A DNA stretch of 63,778 bases, filler included, from Craspedostauros australis (Eukaryota), in the NCBI GenBank assembly GCA_030167865.1. It is 8 parts of 8 records of this genome, joined end to end, with 100 filler letters (N's around TTAATTAATTAA, not from the genome) between each part and the next. Parts side by side here need not be neighbours in the genome. Positions count along the whole stretch, not along the records: positions 25,109 to 32,808 come from JALAGF010001919.1; positions 32,909 to 49,173 come from JALAGF010001921.1; 6 more parts are not named here. One strand, 5' to 3'. A program made the translations under genes and the position numbers. Within the stretch, counting starts at the first letter, position 1. Each line of letters begins with the position of its first letter. Below are positions 25,109-37,700 of the stretch, in pieces. The notes under the pieces were generated by a model. That model saw nothing but the letters and a program-made list of their open reading frames with translations, did not search any database and was not told where the DNA came from.

Positions 25109-25430
25109 AGCAATGAAGAGCTCACAGTTCAGAGAAGTAGATTCTAACAAACGATTAGTTCTCTACTATCATACCACCCCGGATTTCCAACATGTAGATA
25201 CACTGTAGTGTAGGCCATGACGCATGTTGGTGACAGTCATGAAGCAGTGGTTGTGGCTGGAGCTGACCCTCGGATTCCATTGCTCAGGTTGAAGCAAGTT
25301 GGATACACATGTTGAGACTACGGCAATNNNNNNNNNNNNNNNNNNNNNNNNNNNNNNNNNNNNNNNNNNNNNNNNNNNNNNNNNNNNNNNNNNNNNNNNN
25401 NNNNNNNNNNNNNNNNNNNNNNNNNNNNNN

Positions 25431-27990
25431 TTGAGTCATGATGGATTCGTGAATGGAGGAGAGAAAGGAGGAGAAAAGATTTGGTGGTCGATCAAGTCGG
25501 AGGATTTCGCGCCAAAACGAGAATTTCCCCATCTGGTTGATACCGTGTTCGGTAATAGTCTGTCCCTCATTGAATCTCAACTCTCACCAACAATCAATAG
25601 CAACAACAGTAACAGTAACAGAAACACTTACGACAAAGAGTGTGACTACTACCGATTCTCCGTGCGCGGAGCCTTCCAACAGGTCAGCAGAATGTCATCA
25701 TTGACGACAACGACAACGACAACGACAACCACAACAGCGAGCCTACGAGCATGATATCCGATGGCAAAGGGGAAGACAAGCTCTCAACTGCGGACATCTC
25801 GAGAGAATCCGATGACTATGAAGCAGTGAGGATTCCAGATCCTCCCCAGTAGCGGATTCAGGGGCGTATCGACACTCTGGCTGAGCGAGCATGATGAGAT
25901 GTTCCAAAATCAGATCACAACAGATGATACGAACGAACCAGCAATTACATCCATCGCAGGCCACTCATTCCAAGACGGACATCTCCATCTCAATGTGAAA
26001 TGGGACAACAATGAAACTCAATAGTTCCAACACGATATCCTGAGGGCAGACTATCCCGAGCTCGTGGCGCGATACATCATCACTAACGAGCCAAAACGGT
26101 GCGACAGGCACAATCGACAGTCAACAACAATACTAAAATGGGCAAAGCACGCTGTTCGCGCGATACACAGACGCCTGCGACGAATCGAGCGCACGCACAT
26201 CTTCACAGTTGACAACAACGACAGCATCGCCATCCTGAGGCGCATACGACCAGGAAAGAAGAAGCCGAACAAGGACTTCTTCGCTACAGTATTCCAATAC
26301 GGTGTAGAAGTGCCATGCAACATACGGCACGCACTCCAACTTGACGAAGCCAATGGCAACACATTGTGGAAGGGTGCAGCAAAGAAAGAGATCGATGCTC
26401 TGATTGACCTTGATTGCTTTGAATTCCATCCATCCACTCACCGACCTTCATCGTACTACCAGAGCACCAAGCTCTGGCTCATCTTCGCTGTGAAATAGGA
26501 TCTGCGGCTCAAGGGGCGGCTGGTAGCTGGTGGTCACCTCATTGAACTCGCTGACAACATCGGAGTATACTCGTCCACGATCAAATCAACCAGTGTACAG
26601 ATACTCGATATCATCGCGGACACAAACAAGCTGAAGCAACTCTGCAGCGACGTGGGGAATGCAGTTGTCAATGCCTACACCAACAAGAAGATGTATGCAA
26701 GGGCAGGAAAAGAGTTCGATCACAGAGAGGGTCAGACAATCGTACTCAGGAAGGCATTGCATGAACTCCGATCGAGCGCGCAAAGCTTCCATGCTCACCT
26801 TGCAAATACACTCTCATCCATGGGGTTCTCTCCATCACAGCATGACCAGGACGTGTGGATCAAGTGGAGGGGCGACACTGAGTATGACTACATATGCATG
26901 CATGTTGATGGCTTCAAGATTGTGGCAAAAGAACCAGACCAATACATGAAGGCCATCCAGCAAATCTACACCATCAAAGACATTGGACCACCCAAATACT
27001 ATCTGGGCAACGATGATTCCAGGAATGTGAAAGACAAATGGAGCGTTGGATGTGACAATTACATCGCAAACGTGATGGAGAACATCGAGCGGCAGCATGG
27101 AACGCTCCATGACCAGCATGTTCCCATGCGGAACAAGGATCATCTGGAAACGGATGACTCCAAACTACTCACACCAGACAAACACCAACAGTTCCAGCAG
27201 CTCATCGGCATGCTGAACTGGGCCATTCAACATGGACGTTTCAACGTCGCTTTTGCAACTTCTTTACTCTCTCAATTCACTGCATCACCATGGAAAGGAC
27301 ATCTACCAAGAGCACTCAAGATATGGAGCTATCTCAAGAGTGTGTCCACACTCAGAACACAAATCGACTCCAGACCCATGATATTCAACAACTTCAACTC
27401 GATACCGTCCAACCTAGAATTGGTGGCACAAATGAAGGAAGAATACCCTGAGACACAGGAGGACGTCAACGACCGGTCACCAAAGCCAATCTATCCAGAG
27501 CTGCCAATGTATGCATTCGTCGATGCTGACCATGCGCACGATCTTGTCACACGCCAATCAAACACCGGGATCATCCTTTTCCTCCGCAGGACGCCTGTGT
27601 GCTTTTCGAGCAAGCGGCAGACATGAGTCACAATGTCTACATCCGGAGCAGAATTCAACGCGATGCGATCAGTGACGGAAGAAATCATTGCACTCCGATA
27701 TGCACTCCGATCACTGAGAGTCCGCGTCCAATCACCGACGGTCACATTCTGCGACAACAATGTGGTGATCTCGAAAACGACGATCGCAGACAGCCTATTG
27801 CAAAAGAAGCATGTGGCAATATCATTTCACCAAGTCCGTGAGGCTGTGGGAGCTGGGACACTGGTTCCAGTCCACATCCCATCAGCTCAGAACTTTTCTG
27901 ACATGCTCACCAAGGCATTGGTGAAGGCAACACTAACACTTCTTGCCACAACCCTGTTCTAGGGGGGTCCACCTTGAGATCAAGGGGCGT
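25431..27990 (+). mobile_element. Decayed Ty1/copia (CoDi-like) LTR retrotransposon pol: RT + RNase H
   Basis: YGVEVP..HALQLDEANGNTLW..KE, K*DLRLKGRLVAGGH, LRKALHELRSS, HVDG (degenerate YVDD), YYLG, FVDADHAHD..TRQS.TG, GAEF, FCDN, KKHVAISFH.VRE, NFSDMLTK, all in one frame with in-frame stops (26496, 27624). A purine-rich tract follows the stop near 27980. Confidence 0.92.
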
Positions 27991-28537
27991 GACAGCTTTC
28001 TCTGTAACTTTTACCTCTCTACAAATCATATTAGTCAAAATACTGGTCGGGGGATTGTCTTCAGACAACTCACAATAAAAGAACAAGAGCTCCAACCAGG
28101 GCACACAACAACGGGCTAATACGTCTTCAGCAATTTCTTGTGCACTTTGACAGCAGGGATGGCAATGGTGACAAGGCAACAGGTGATGGCGATAGCGATG
28201 GAAGGGATGGCAATCATCTTGAAAGCCCTGCGATTTGTAGACATCAAAGGCACCACGACGTTGCTGGTTGATGCTTCCCTATTGAAGGGCAAGTGGCTGA
28301 CTCACTGTACGAGCCCAAGAGCTCGATGGTCTACAAACATGCTTGGTGTTCCCAACACTCACGAGATTCAATATGAGGATGAGAAAGCTTGATTAATTGA
28401 AGCTTCGAATGTCACCAATGCCAAAATGGTGGAGGAAGAGGCTTGGGAGTGCTCCGTTGTGAACGAACTTGGCGCGACGGTAAAGGAAGACCACAAGTAG
28501 TCACACCAACCAGTACCAGTGGATACAAAATGGCAAG

Positions 28538-29182
28538 ATGAGGCGAAAGGCCCAGAAGAGTGTGAAACAGGGTGAAGCGAATGTATTCAAAACAGCCCTT
28601 TGCAACAACCTCATGGAAACTGCTGGTCACGACGCAATGTGGAAGGATACAACTGCTGCTATGGATCTTCCTCCTGTTGCAACACCGGGTTGCGCCGCAA
28701 AGAAGACTCGATCGTTTGAACCTATCCCTGACTATTTGTTGGCAGAGCTGAACAAAATCTGCGTACTTGCTTGCCATGACTCAAGGAACAGAATAGCGGA
28801 GTACGACGCACACCGACAACTGATGGCGATGGAACGGGTGAAAACAGACTGGTACACTCAACTACAAGTATCACCACTGAGAGTAAAGCATACCTCATCA
28901 CGGACTATCTCAAGTTCAAAACAAGAAAAGAAGTCAAAAACCGCTGAAACGATGGAGTGCACAATGGTAAGTATGACTGCGAGCGCCAGTGCGCAACCAA
29001 CGCTGCATGATTCTGGTTGTGACGAAGAAGAATTTGGACGGTGCAGAGCCAAGGAAGACGAGAATTTGGAGCAAACCCACAATGATTTGCATCCACGTGC
29101 GGCAAAACAAGCAGTCGAAAGTGCGGAAACATTGAAGGAAAATGAGACGTGGAAAATTGTGAATCGTGTCAGGACCAGATAG
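28538..29182 (+). CDS. Hypothetical 214-aa ORF between retroelement remnants
   Basis: ATG-initiated open frame with protein-like composition; no recognised motif. Confidence 0.3.
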   Translation: MRRKAQKSVKQGEANVFKTALCNNLMETAGHDAMWKDTTAAMDLPPVATPGCAAKKTRSFEPIPDYLLAELNKICVLACHDSRNRIAEYDAHRQLMAMERVKTDWYTQLQVSPLRVKHTSSRTISSSKQEKKSKTAETMECTMVSMTASASAQPTLHDSGCDEEEFGRCRAKEDENLEQTHNDLHPRAAKQAVESAETLKENETWKIVNRVRTR

Positions 29183-29433
29183 CAAGCGACAAATAATTCA
29201 AAATAGGAACAGGTGTGACATCATCAGCGAGTTTTGGCGATACCCAGCGAAGTCTAAGGAAGGTCTACAACGGCCGAAGACCAAAACTATTGCAAGGTCT
29301 ATAACTTTTGATCCACAACTCTCCCGATTTTTAAATTAAATCCCCCTCGACAGAATTTTACGTAGATTCCGAACATGTACTTATTTTGTTAAATTTTAAG
29401 TCACGATCATGCACGACTGCACCTTCGTTCACT

Positions 29434-29526
29434 CGAGTGGGTCTTATAAGACCCACTCGTATCTATTGTGCACAAGTCTAGGTCTTGTGTCACCAATAGT
29501 CTATCTAGCCTCCCGTCTAGGGCACT
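29434..29526 (-). mobile_element. LTR fragment (inverted copy of the Gypsy LTR start at 58441-58508) with adjacent 26-bp perfect palindrome
   Basis: 29459-29526 is the reverse complement of 58441-58508 with 2 mismatches in 68 bp. 29434-29459 (cgagtgggtcttataagacccactcg) is self-complementary. Confidence 0.8.
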
Positions 29527-30140
29527 GTCACGAGCAGTAGTGATTGACTTCAAACACACAAGGCAACACACAATAGCATTCTGGACTGTTGACCAACACG
29601 CCGCCCGAAGCAGAATGAAGCGAAGAATGCAACCATGCCATTCACTTGGGCAATAGACAAAATAGAATTGGATGCAGGTCTTTGGAAGGCCGTCGATCGA
29701 GATTGGACGACAAAGCAACAAATTTCTGTACCAGAATGTCGTAGACTCTACGCAGATACCAATGGTTACCAACAAAAAAAATGCGGATTCGTGTCCGCAC
29801 GTCGTCTACATGAAAAGGTCAGTCAGAAGAGGCATCAAGGTGAACAGGAAGCGGAGACCGTTTGCCAACAGAGAGCTCTCACTCTGCTCTTTCTAATGAT
29901 GTGAAGATGTCGGTCAACGGCCATCAACTCATCGAATGGCAGCTTGTGCCATCAATGATAGGCGAATGGTTACCAATAATTACCAACAAGTGCCAACAAA
30001 CCGGAAAATAGCCAATAGCCACTGGATAGTACACTGCAGCTAAGTACATGTTCATTCCAAACAACAAACTGCCTGCACTACTATATGTCGACCAACGTCT
30101 TGTCGTGATAATGAATGATACACATAACATAGCGCCAGCT

Positions 30141-31637
30141 CTAATACACGCCCGGTATCAACCATTTGCGCGTCGATTGGTACAGTTCGTACTCGCGTCC
30201 AAATACATGCCGCAGCAGCATCTCTTCTTGTGGAATTTGTAGTTTGACGACATGCAACGCGATCCAAACAGCCGGCGCCGCCTGCAGGCACGACGTCCAC
30301 AGCCAAATCCCCACGCAGCACAGGATCCATGCCAGCGCGGTCGGGTGCTGACACAGGGCGTAGGGTCCCGTCTTGCACAGGACGTGCAACGCGTTGCGGC
30401 TGTGCATCGTCGTGGTGCGCGGCAACCACAGTATGCAAGGGATGGTGAAGTCCAACGAGAGACGCGTGCCATGTGGCCGTGGTGGAAGGAATTGCGTCAC
30501 GAGGGATGACAGGATCTTTGTGGATTTGTGGATGGACGCGTGCTGCAGCAGGCTATGATGTTGCGTCGTTGCGGTGCTGGACTGCGGTGGATGGAATGAC
30601 GATGCGGTGCTTTGGCGTGCTGAGAGGTCGGCGATTGAATCATGCTGTGGTTGTTGTTGTTGTTGTAGTTGTTGTTGCTGTTGTTGCTGTTGTTGCTGAC
30701 CAATGTCATCCGTCGCACTTGTGGCGCTGGTGATGGAAGTCATGGATGCCAGAGACGACGACGCAGAATTGCTCTGGCCGTTGGCAGCTGTTTTGTTGGA
30801 TTTGGAGAGATACGAAGACAGTTGTTGCTGCTGTTTTCGTGGTGACGGCGTCGTTGATCCCGTGAGCTCCATTTTGGTTTCCTCGACGTTGTCGCTTGTG
30901 CCCGAGTCCATCACCGGCTGGTGGTGTTCTTGCGTGCATACATGGCTGTCGTCGCCGTTGCTGCTGCCCACTCGCTCGCGATTGTTCTCAAGCTTGGCTG
31001 TCTCTCTCGTTGTGGCGGTAACAGGCATGGTCCGAACGGGACCGGACTTGAGATGGTGCTGACACAGCACCCGGATGACGAACGACGTGATGATGCAGCA
31101 CGCACCGAGTACACGCTGCACATCGCGCATGCCATTGATTGTGCCGTTGCTAGCAACCGCATCTGCCATGAAGCTGCGATACGCCGAGACGACGATGGGA
31201 AGCACAAAGAGGATGGGCAGAATGAATCTCTGATGACGCACGGGGACGATGCCATTGACGACGTTCTCCCAACCCGACAGCGTGGACGGCTCCATCTTGA
31301 GGAACGTCGTCGTTGCGACCCTGTTGGCAGCGATCGCGCTCGATGCATGGGGGCCAGTGCGGGCCGACGACGACGATCTGCGCTGCTTCTTCATCGTGGA
31401 TAGGCTCATGAAGGAAATGGCGCTGGCGCTGCTGCTGGCAGGTCGCACGACGCGATGCGGCGGAGCCAGCGGTTGCGCGACGCTCGTCTTTGCATCCAAG
31501 ATGCGTCGCTTGCCGCTGATATCTTCCACAAGGATGGGAATCTGCAACTGCGGAGCAGTCAAGCCAATGTACCACACCATGATGGCGATCAGCAGCGGGA
31601 ACGCAACCTCGTTCGGAACCGTGAAGAGGTCCATCAT
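30141..31637 (-). CDS. ICMT/PEMT-family membrane methyltransferase-like protein with long Q/S-rich insertion
   Basis: C-terminal LCKTGPYALCQHP...IPQEEMLLRHVFGREYELYQSTRKWLIPGVY matches the ICMT/PEMT family pattern; several hydrophobic segments. Confidence 0.75.
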   Translation of the reverse strand: MMDLFTVPNEVAFPLLIAIMVWYIGLTAPQLQIPILVEDISGKRRILDAKTSVAQPLAPPHRVVRPASSSASAISFMSLSTMKKQRRSSSSARTGPHASSAIAANRVATTTFLKMEPSTLSGWENVVNGIVPVRHQRFILPILFVLPIVVSAYRSFMADAVASNGTINGMRDVQRVLGACCIITSFVIRVLCQHHLKSGPVRTMPVTATTRETAKLENNRERVGSSNGDDSHVCTQEHHQPVMDSGTSDNVEETKMELTGSTTPSPRKQQQQLSSYLSKSNKTAANGQSNSASSSLASMTSITSATSATDDIGQQQQQQQQQQLQQQQQPQHDSIADLSARQSTASSFHPPQSSTATTQHHSLLQHASIHKSTKILSSLVTQFLPPRPHGTRLSLDFTIPCILWLPRTTTMHSRNALHVLCKTGPYALCQHPTALAWILCCVGIWLWTSCLQAAPAVWIALHVVKLQIPQEEMLLRHVFGREYELYQSTRKWLIPGVY

Positions 31638-32908
31638 CGTTCGTTTCTTCGTTGCGCTTTCTCTCCAGAGACAGTTCTGAGCGTGTTGAGCGTGTTGAGT
31701 GCGCGAGAGTGAGGCATGTGTTGGTCGTCTTCGTTCTCGATGTTATTGCTGATGCTCTATCTCCTACGCTCTGTTGTGTGATGAATGTCGAAGTCAATGA
31801 ACATGAACATGAACATGAAGATTCGGTGCTGGACGTTGTGGCCTTCCTTCAATGAAGACAGCACCTCCTTTGTGTTAGTCCGCATGTCGTGGTCGTATTT
31901 TGGGAGGTTTGTCGCAGAAGCGCGCTTCTCTTCCGTTTCTTGGTCTTGTTTATGAGCCCGATCAGCGAGTCGACCAACTGTTTGCAATCAACATTCCATA
32001 TTTTTTTCCCGGATTTAAAAACTAAGCTCATATTCATAATNNNNNNNNNNNNNNNNNNNNNNNNNNNNNNNNNNNNNNNNNNNNNNNNNNNNNNNNNNNN
32101 NNNTTATGGATCGATGGATTTGCACATTCGTCCATCTCCTTCGGGTTTCAGCCTTTTGGCTACGACTACATCGATCCAAGTTAACGCGTTGCTGTTCTTT
32201 GTTTCGGCAAGGTTGTTCCCATTTTGAATTGTTTAGTCTCTTTTTCAGGGAGGTGCGGTAATGCTATTTATCGAAATATAATTTCATGTTTCTAAATAAT
32301 CCACAGAAGTGCAAGGCAATTGTCATGTCCGATATTTCGGTCCATTTCACAAGCTTTTAGGACAAGGAATAACAGGTTTTGTTTTGGCATCTAATGGAAT
32401 ATTGTTGCACGCTGCTCAGTTTTCTACAACTANNNNNNNNNNNNNNNNNNNNNNNNNNNNNNNNNNNNNNNNNNNNNNNNNNNNNNNNNNNNNNNNNNNN
32501 NNNNNNNNNNNNNNNNNNNNNNNNNNNNNNNNNNNNNNNNNNNNNNNNNNNGACTATTCCTCCTCTTCAGATTCGTCGCTGCCGGAATCGCCACTGGAAT
32601 CGTCACTGGGGGCATCAGAATCGCTGTCGCCACTGCCATCCGATTCCTCTGATGACTCCTGTGGATCTTCATCCACCCCCAAACGCTCGTGTGTGCTCAC
32701 TCCGATCCAGTCCATGTCTGCAGGATCAACGATGTCCGCAATGGGCACATCAATCCCTCCTTCCACCTCCATCCCCTGAGCTTGCACCGTCTCTGGAGCA
32801 AGCACATCNNNNNNNNNNNNNNNNNNNNNNNNNNNNNNNNNNNNNNNNNNNNTTAATTAATTAANNNNNNNNNNNNNNNNNNNNNNNNNNNNNNNNNNNN
32901 NNNNNNNN

Positions 32909-34050
32909 GTTCCGCCACCATCTGGTAGTGCTCATACCATGTACGGACATGGTGAGGCTCCAGACTGCTGAGAGGAGTGACATGGGCATCAAAGAAGCTG
33001 CGCTTGTCAACTTGAATGCGCGAGCTGGCTTGATACTGCCACGTGGGATGCTTCTTGAGGTCAACACCATAAGGCGCGGAATCGTGGTACCTGGCGCGGT
33101 GTGCCGAGTCTTCACGCATGATGTCGTCAAAGAAGTCGTACCCAATGGAGCCGTCCACGTGAGTGCGCGCGTCAGCAGCAGCACCACGTTGGTTGGCACC
33201 GGTAGGAGCCCCGCGATTGCCATGGCGAGGCGTGCGGAAGTCGGGCGTGGGAATGCCACGCTCAAACATGTCCACGAGCTCAGGGTCGTCGACCACTGAC
33301 CGGTCAAATGCAACACCACCGTCATCGCGCTCGCGAGCGACGGCGTCGTTCGCAGGGGCGTCGGCATGCGTCTCAGTCCTGGACCGATCACCGCGGGCGT
33401 CGAGTCTTGGAGTACTGTCCCGTCTTGGCGTGAGCACCACCGCAGGGTGTGTCGCGACAGGCTGACCGGCTGCAGGGCGAGCCGAAGGCGCCCCCAACGA
33501 TGGAATGGTCACGGACATATCGGAGGCGATGGGATCACCACCCTGATAGAGAGCTGCGGAGAAGTTCGACCACTGGAAGCCATCTGGCAACGTGGATTGC
33601 TGGTACCATTCGCGCAGTGTCTTGAGCTCGTTGAGGTCAGGCTTGCTGATGGACCCGTACAGATTGACCTGCGCGGCAGCGTGCTGGTCACTGGAGATGC
33701 AAAGAAGATTGTGGAACCGCCCCCACACTGAAGGTTCGTCGAGGCAGTTTGTGAAGTATTTGGCCACCGTGGCGGCACCGGCTGGAGAAAGGTAAGCCAC
33801 GCGAAGAATGGGTTGCACGAGTGTGCCAGGATCGAAGCTTGCTGGCATCGCACCGTCGTCGAGCGTTGCATTGTTGTCATTGGTATTGCCAGTGACACCT
33901 CCGCCGCAAGCGTTGGTACTGCCCCCGTCGCCACGAGAGTTGCCCACGCCGTCGCCAGGCACAGCATTGTCAGCACCAGTGCCAAGCGCGTCATCGCCAG
34001 TAAGGCTGGATTGGTGGGTGGTGGTGGAGTCGGTTGTGTTGGTCGTCATG
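32909..34050 (-). mobile_element. Probable gag-like ORF of an LTR retrotransposon, truncated by a gap
   Basis: Intronless low-complexity N-terminus followed by ...VRTWYEHY running into the gap, a layout reminiscent of diatom copia gag. A TG...CA segment at ~34335-34199 upstream could be a short LTR. No decisive motif is seen. Confidence 0.4.
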
Positions 34051-34785
34051 GTGATGGACACGAATGATGTTGCAAAACGGAAAGCGGAAAAAGAATTTTG
34101 TGTGTGAAAAGCAAACTACGCGTGAAACCACGAGGAGAGAGGTCAGCAATGACGCAAACTTCGTGTGTGACCGCGGCAGGGATGCGCGAAAAGATCGTGA
34201 GATCAGAAAGAAGGCTCAGAAACCTGTGAGAGTCTGTGTCAGATGGAGAAACAGAGAATTTATGAGGTTGTTCTGCTGTTGTGGAGAAGGCAGACACAGC
34301 TGTGCCAGACTGACGTCGGCCAGACTATGACAGCATGTTCTTCTCTGTTGCGTGCCTTCGTTCACTGGAAGTCGCGGTAAAATACAACATTGACTCTTAA
34401 TTGTCGAACACGAAATCGAACAGGTTTGGTCGACTTGGGTATTCCAATACCATTTCCGTTGTAGCAACAAGTCGTGCTTTCGAGTCTTGTGTAGAAAGCG
34501 ACACTTTATCAGTACCCCATCGAGAAAAAGATGCGCAAAGAAAAATGTCGATCTTTTGCCTCCACAACAGCATGGTGTTGTGTGTGGCGTGTTGTTCTTG
34601 CTTCCACGATGTCGCCAAACACGCCTGAGAGACCACTCCTCGCGGGTGCGGAAGCAACTGCGATCATGATTCTTGCTAGCCGTACCTCACAGCAGAGTCA
34701 GGGTATCATAATCTCAAGTGTTGGACGCACACAACAAAGCAAGTCAACAGAGCGGACAACGTGAACAAGAGAAAAGACGAAGACA

Positions 34786-37700
34786 ATGAGTGGGTTCCTG
34801 CCAGGTTTGGCGGATTGGGCATTGCGTGGTGGGGCAGGCAACGGAGATGAGGACAATGTCGAGGGAAGCAACGATGGTGAGGATGGCGACAGCAGCAGCA
34901 ACGACAACAACAACAACCATGGAAGCCACGCTGAGGCCAGCAATGCGCCGATCCAGCCAGCGGCGACGGAGGATGAGATGAGGGCGCGACGTCTGGCTCG
35001 GATGGAGGCAATGCAGAAGAGACAGGCGGAGCATCAGCAGCAGCAACAGAATGAGAACAACAAGGAGACACCCATGGATGTGGACGCTGACGAGGCCGAT
35101 GGCAACAGAGCCGATCAAAAGCAGCCGCCAAAGGTGGATGCCACCTCTGCTGCCACCACCTCCGCTACGCCTATGGACGTATCATCCACCGACAAGGCTG
35201 CGGCTGACAGCACAAGCCCGACCCGCAAGACCAAGCAGATGACAGAGGATCAAAAGGAACCGGCCAAGAAGAAGAAGGATGCCAAGACAACGCCCAAGGA
35301 TGATGCCGCACGTAAACTCCAGCGCAAGAAGGAGCTCTTGCTCAAGCGCGTGCTGCTCCTGAGCCTGGCGGAAACGGCCACGGCGACTGACTCTGCATGC
35401 GTGACGATCGATATCGGAAGCACCAACATCTCTTCCGCGAGCGTCGCGGAGATCCTTGCGACCAGACTGTCGCTTGAGCCAACTTGCACGACTTTGCAGA
35501 CCGTTCCTGCACAGAAGAATCTCATTCCCTACCTGGGACAATCTCACCGCAGGGCCTCGGAGGAGCTCAAGACTCTGCGGCAGCAGACACAGAGCAAGCG
35601 GGAGAAGTCGGTGGAGCTGGAGCAGATCTTGTCAGAGATTCAGCGCCAGGTCGTCAGCTACGCCGCCAGTTCCTTGATGGAACCCACTCTGTTCGATCTG
35701 GGCCACGATGGGCCCACCCAGCTTGCCAAGTCGTTCATCGTCGTCGACCCGGCGGAGTCCATCATGTTTGGCGTCTCGGGACCAGGCACCTCGTTTTACG
35801 ACTGTCTGTGCGATGAGCTCATGACGCAGGATGCGGCCGCCTTTCAGAACGTCATCAACATGGTCTTGACGAACCTGATGGAGCGCATGTCCAAATGCGA
35901 AAGCGTTGACGCCGGAGTCGGCGATGCCAATCCCGTCACCCTGTTGTCGGCGTTGACATCCATCGTCTCCAACAAGAAGGCCGCGGGGTTAGTGGCGCAG
36001 TCCGCCACCTTTCTGCTGCCAGCTGCTGGAACCCCGCAAGCCAGCGAGCTCGTTCGTCCATCGCTACCGCAAGGCGTGGACCTGTTCCGAATGCTGTCGG
36101 CGGAGAATCGACCATACAAGAGACGCAGTGGGCCAGGCCTTGAAAAGAAGACCCTCTTGGGCCTCGTGCTGCGTGTCGGTGCCGCCAAGGACAACCCAGC
36201 CTTCTCTCCAAACTCCATCCTGAGACAATCTTTGGACAGCGTGGAGAGAACGACATCGTCGCAAAGGGTGCAGCTGCGCAACTACCAAGAAATGTGCAAT
36301 CGGTTCGTCATGAACCTCATCAAGGGAGGGCCTGCGGCTCGGGGAAGGGTAAGTTGATGAGACGCTGCTGTGTTTCGCGACAGATATTGCGTAGAGTGCG
36401 AGGATGTGGCTGTGCCTTGTGCTCTGCTTGTTGCATCGCAGTACATCGGCTCGTCGTTATTATTTATTGAGTGCGGCCTTCTTGACGATTGTCGGTGCAC
36501 GGTGTTGTCACATGTTGCTCTGAGTGGCAAGCACGCTTGCTTCCATCCATCCCTTTATCTAACGCTACTTCTGTCGCCGCCACCGCTACTGCTCTGTGAC
36601 TTGCTCGATGCGCCATTTCAATGCTATTTTGGCCGTGGATGCACATCATCACAACACAGGTCATGACATGGTTTACCGACTGTCTCAAGCTCAATGTTGG
36701 AGCAACGGCCTTGCGACCTGACCAGACAAAGGTTTCATCAACCGCGTTGCTTCTCAACGCGCAGACCGTGTTGCTGAAGCTGTGCGAGCCATTCGTGATC
36801 GCTGATAAGAAGCACCATTTGATCGATCCAGGCTTTGTGTCGTCTGCTGCGGCGCATGGTGGAGTGTATGCTACAGAAGGTGATGATGCTGTCCCGCGGC
36901 TGGGTGAAGCACAGCCAAGCAACGAAGAGTACAGCCCCAAGAATTCTTTCATTCCACAATGCTTCTTCTTCGCTGCTCGTTCTGTGGCATTGGGTATCGT
37001 CCCTGCACTTAGCCACCACGAAAATCTCATCCGTCATATCGGACATTCACATTGGGAAATCACATCGCAGAACAGAGATCTGCAGTCCGACCCGCATTTC
37101 CGCATGCTTGTCAGCCGACAACGGTCAGGGGAGGTGGCGCTCTTTCAACCAGAACTCGTGCAGGACAGCCTCCGCTTTTGCAACCTCGTTGCTAAGTTCA
37201 TGACCCAAATACCCGATGAAAAACTCGGTGGCATGCCGGAGCACTTTGTGGACAATGTCTGTGACATCGTCATGAGCATCGCCAAGATGAAATCCAAGCT
37301 CTTGCGTGGGGTGGAGCTCCGACACATCTTTCAGCTCGTCGTCAAGCTCCTCTCGTCCAAGTACGCGAACGTAAGTGCGATGCTTTCTGTGCGGGCAACT
37401 TTCGTATGTCACTGCTCTGTGTCATTATGCTCCGAGAGTCCGCCGGGGAGTCTCAATCCACTACATTCACATCTCTCTCACATCCACACGCACACGAACG
37501 CACACTCAACTGCCTTCTATCTATCTTATTTGTACGCTTCTATTCAAATACAAACACACAAATGCCGCCCATATCCTCACACTTGCTGCCTTGGGATCGA
37601 TGGCGCCATGTAGATGGTGCGCAATTACAACTTGCGAGCAATGCTCGGGGATGTGCTCTACGAGCTGTACCTCCCATCGAACTCTGAAGATCGCAGAGAC

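Noticed and set aside
27990..29530. TGACA...TGTCA ends as a full LTR with target-site duplication
   Set aside because: No matching flanking duplication found, and no second Copia LTR in the window for comparison.
32554..32805. Acidic S/D/E-rich ORF fragment
   Set aside because: Bounded by gaps on both sides and too short to assign.
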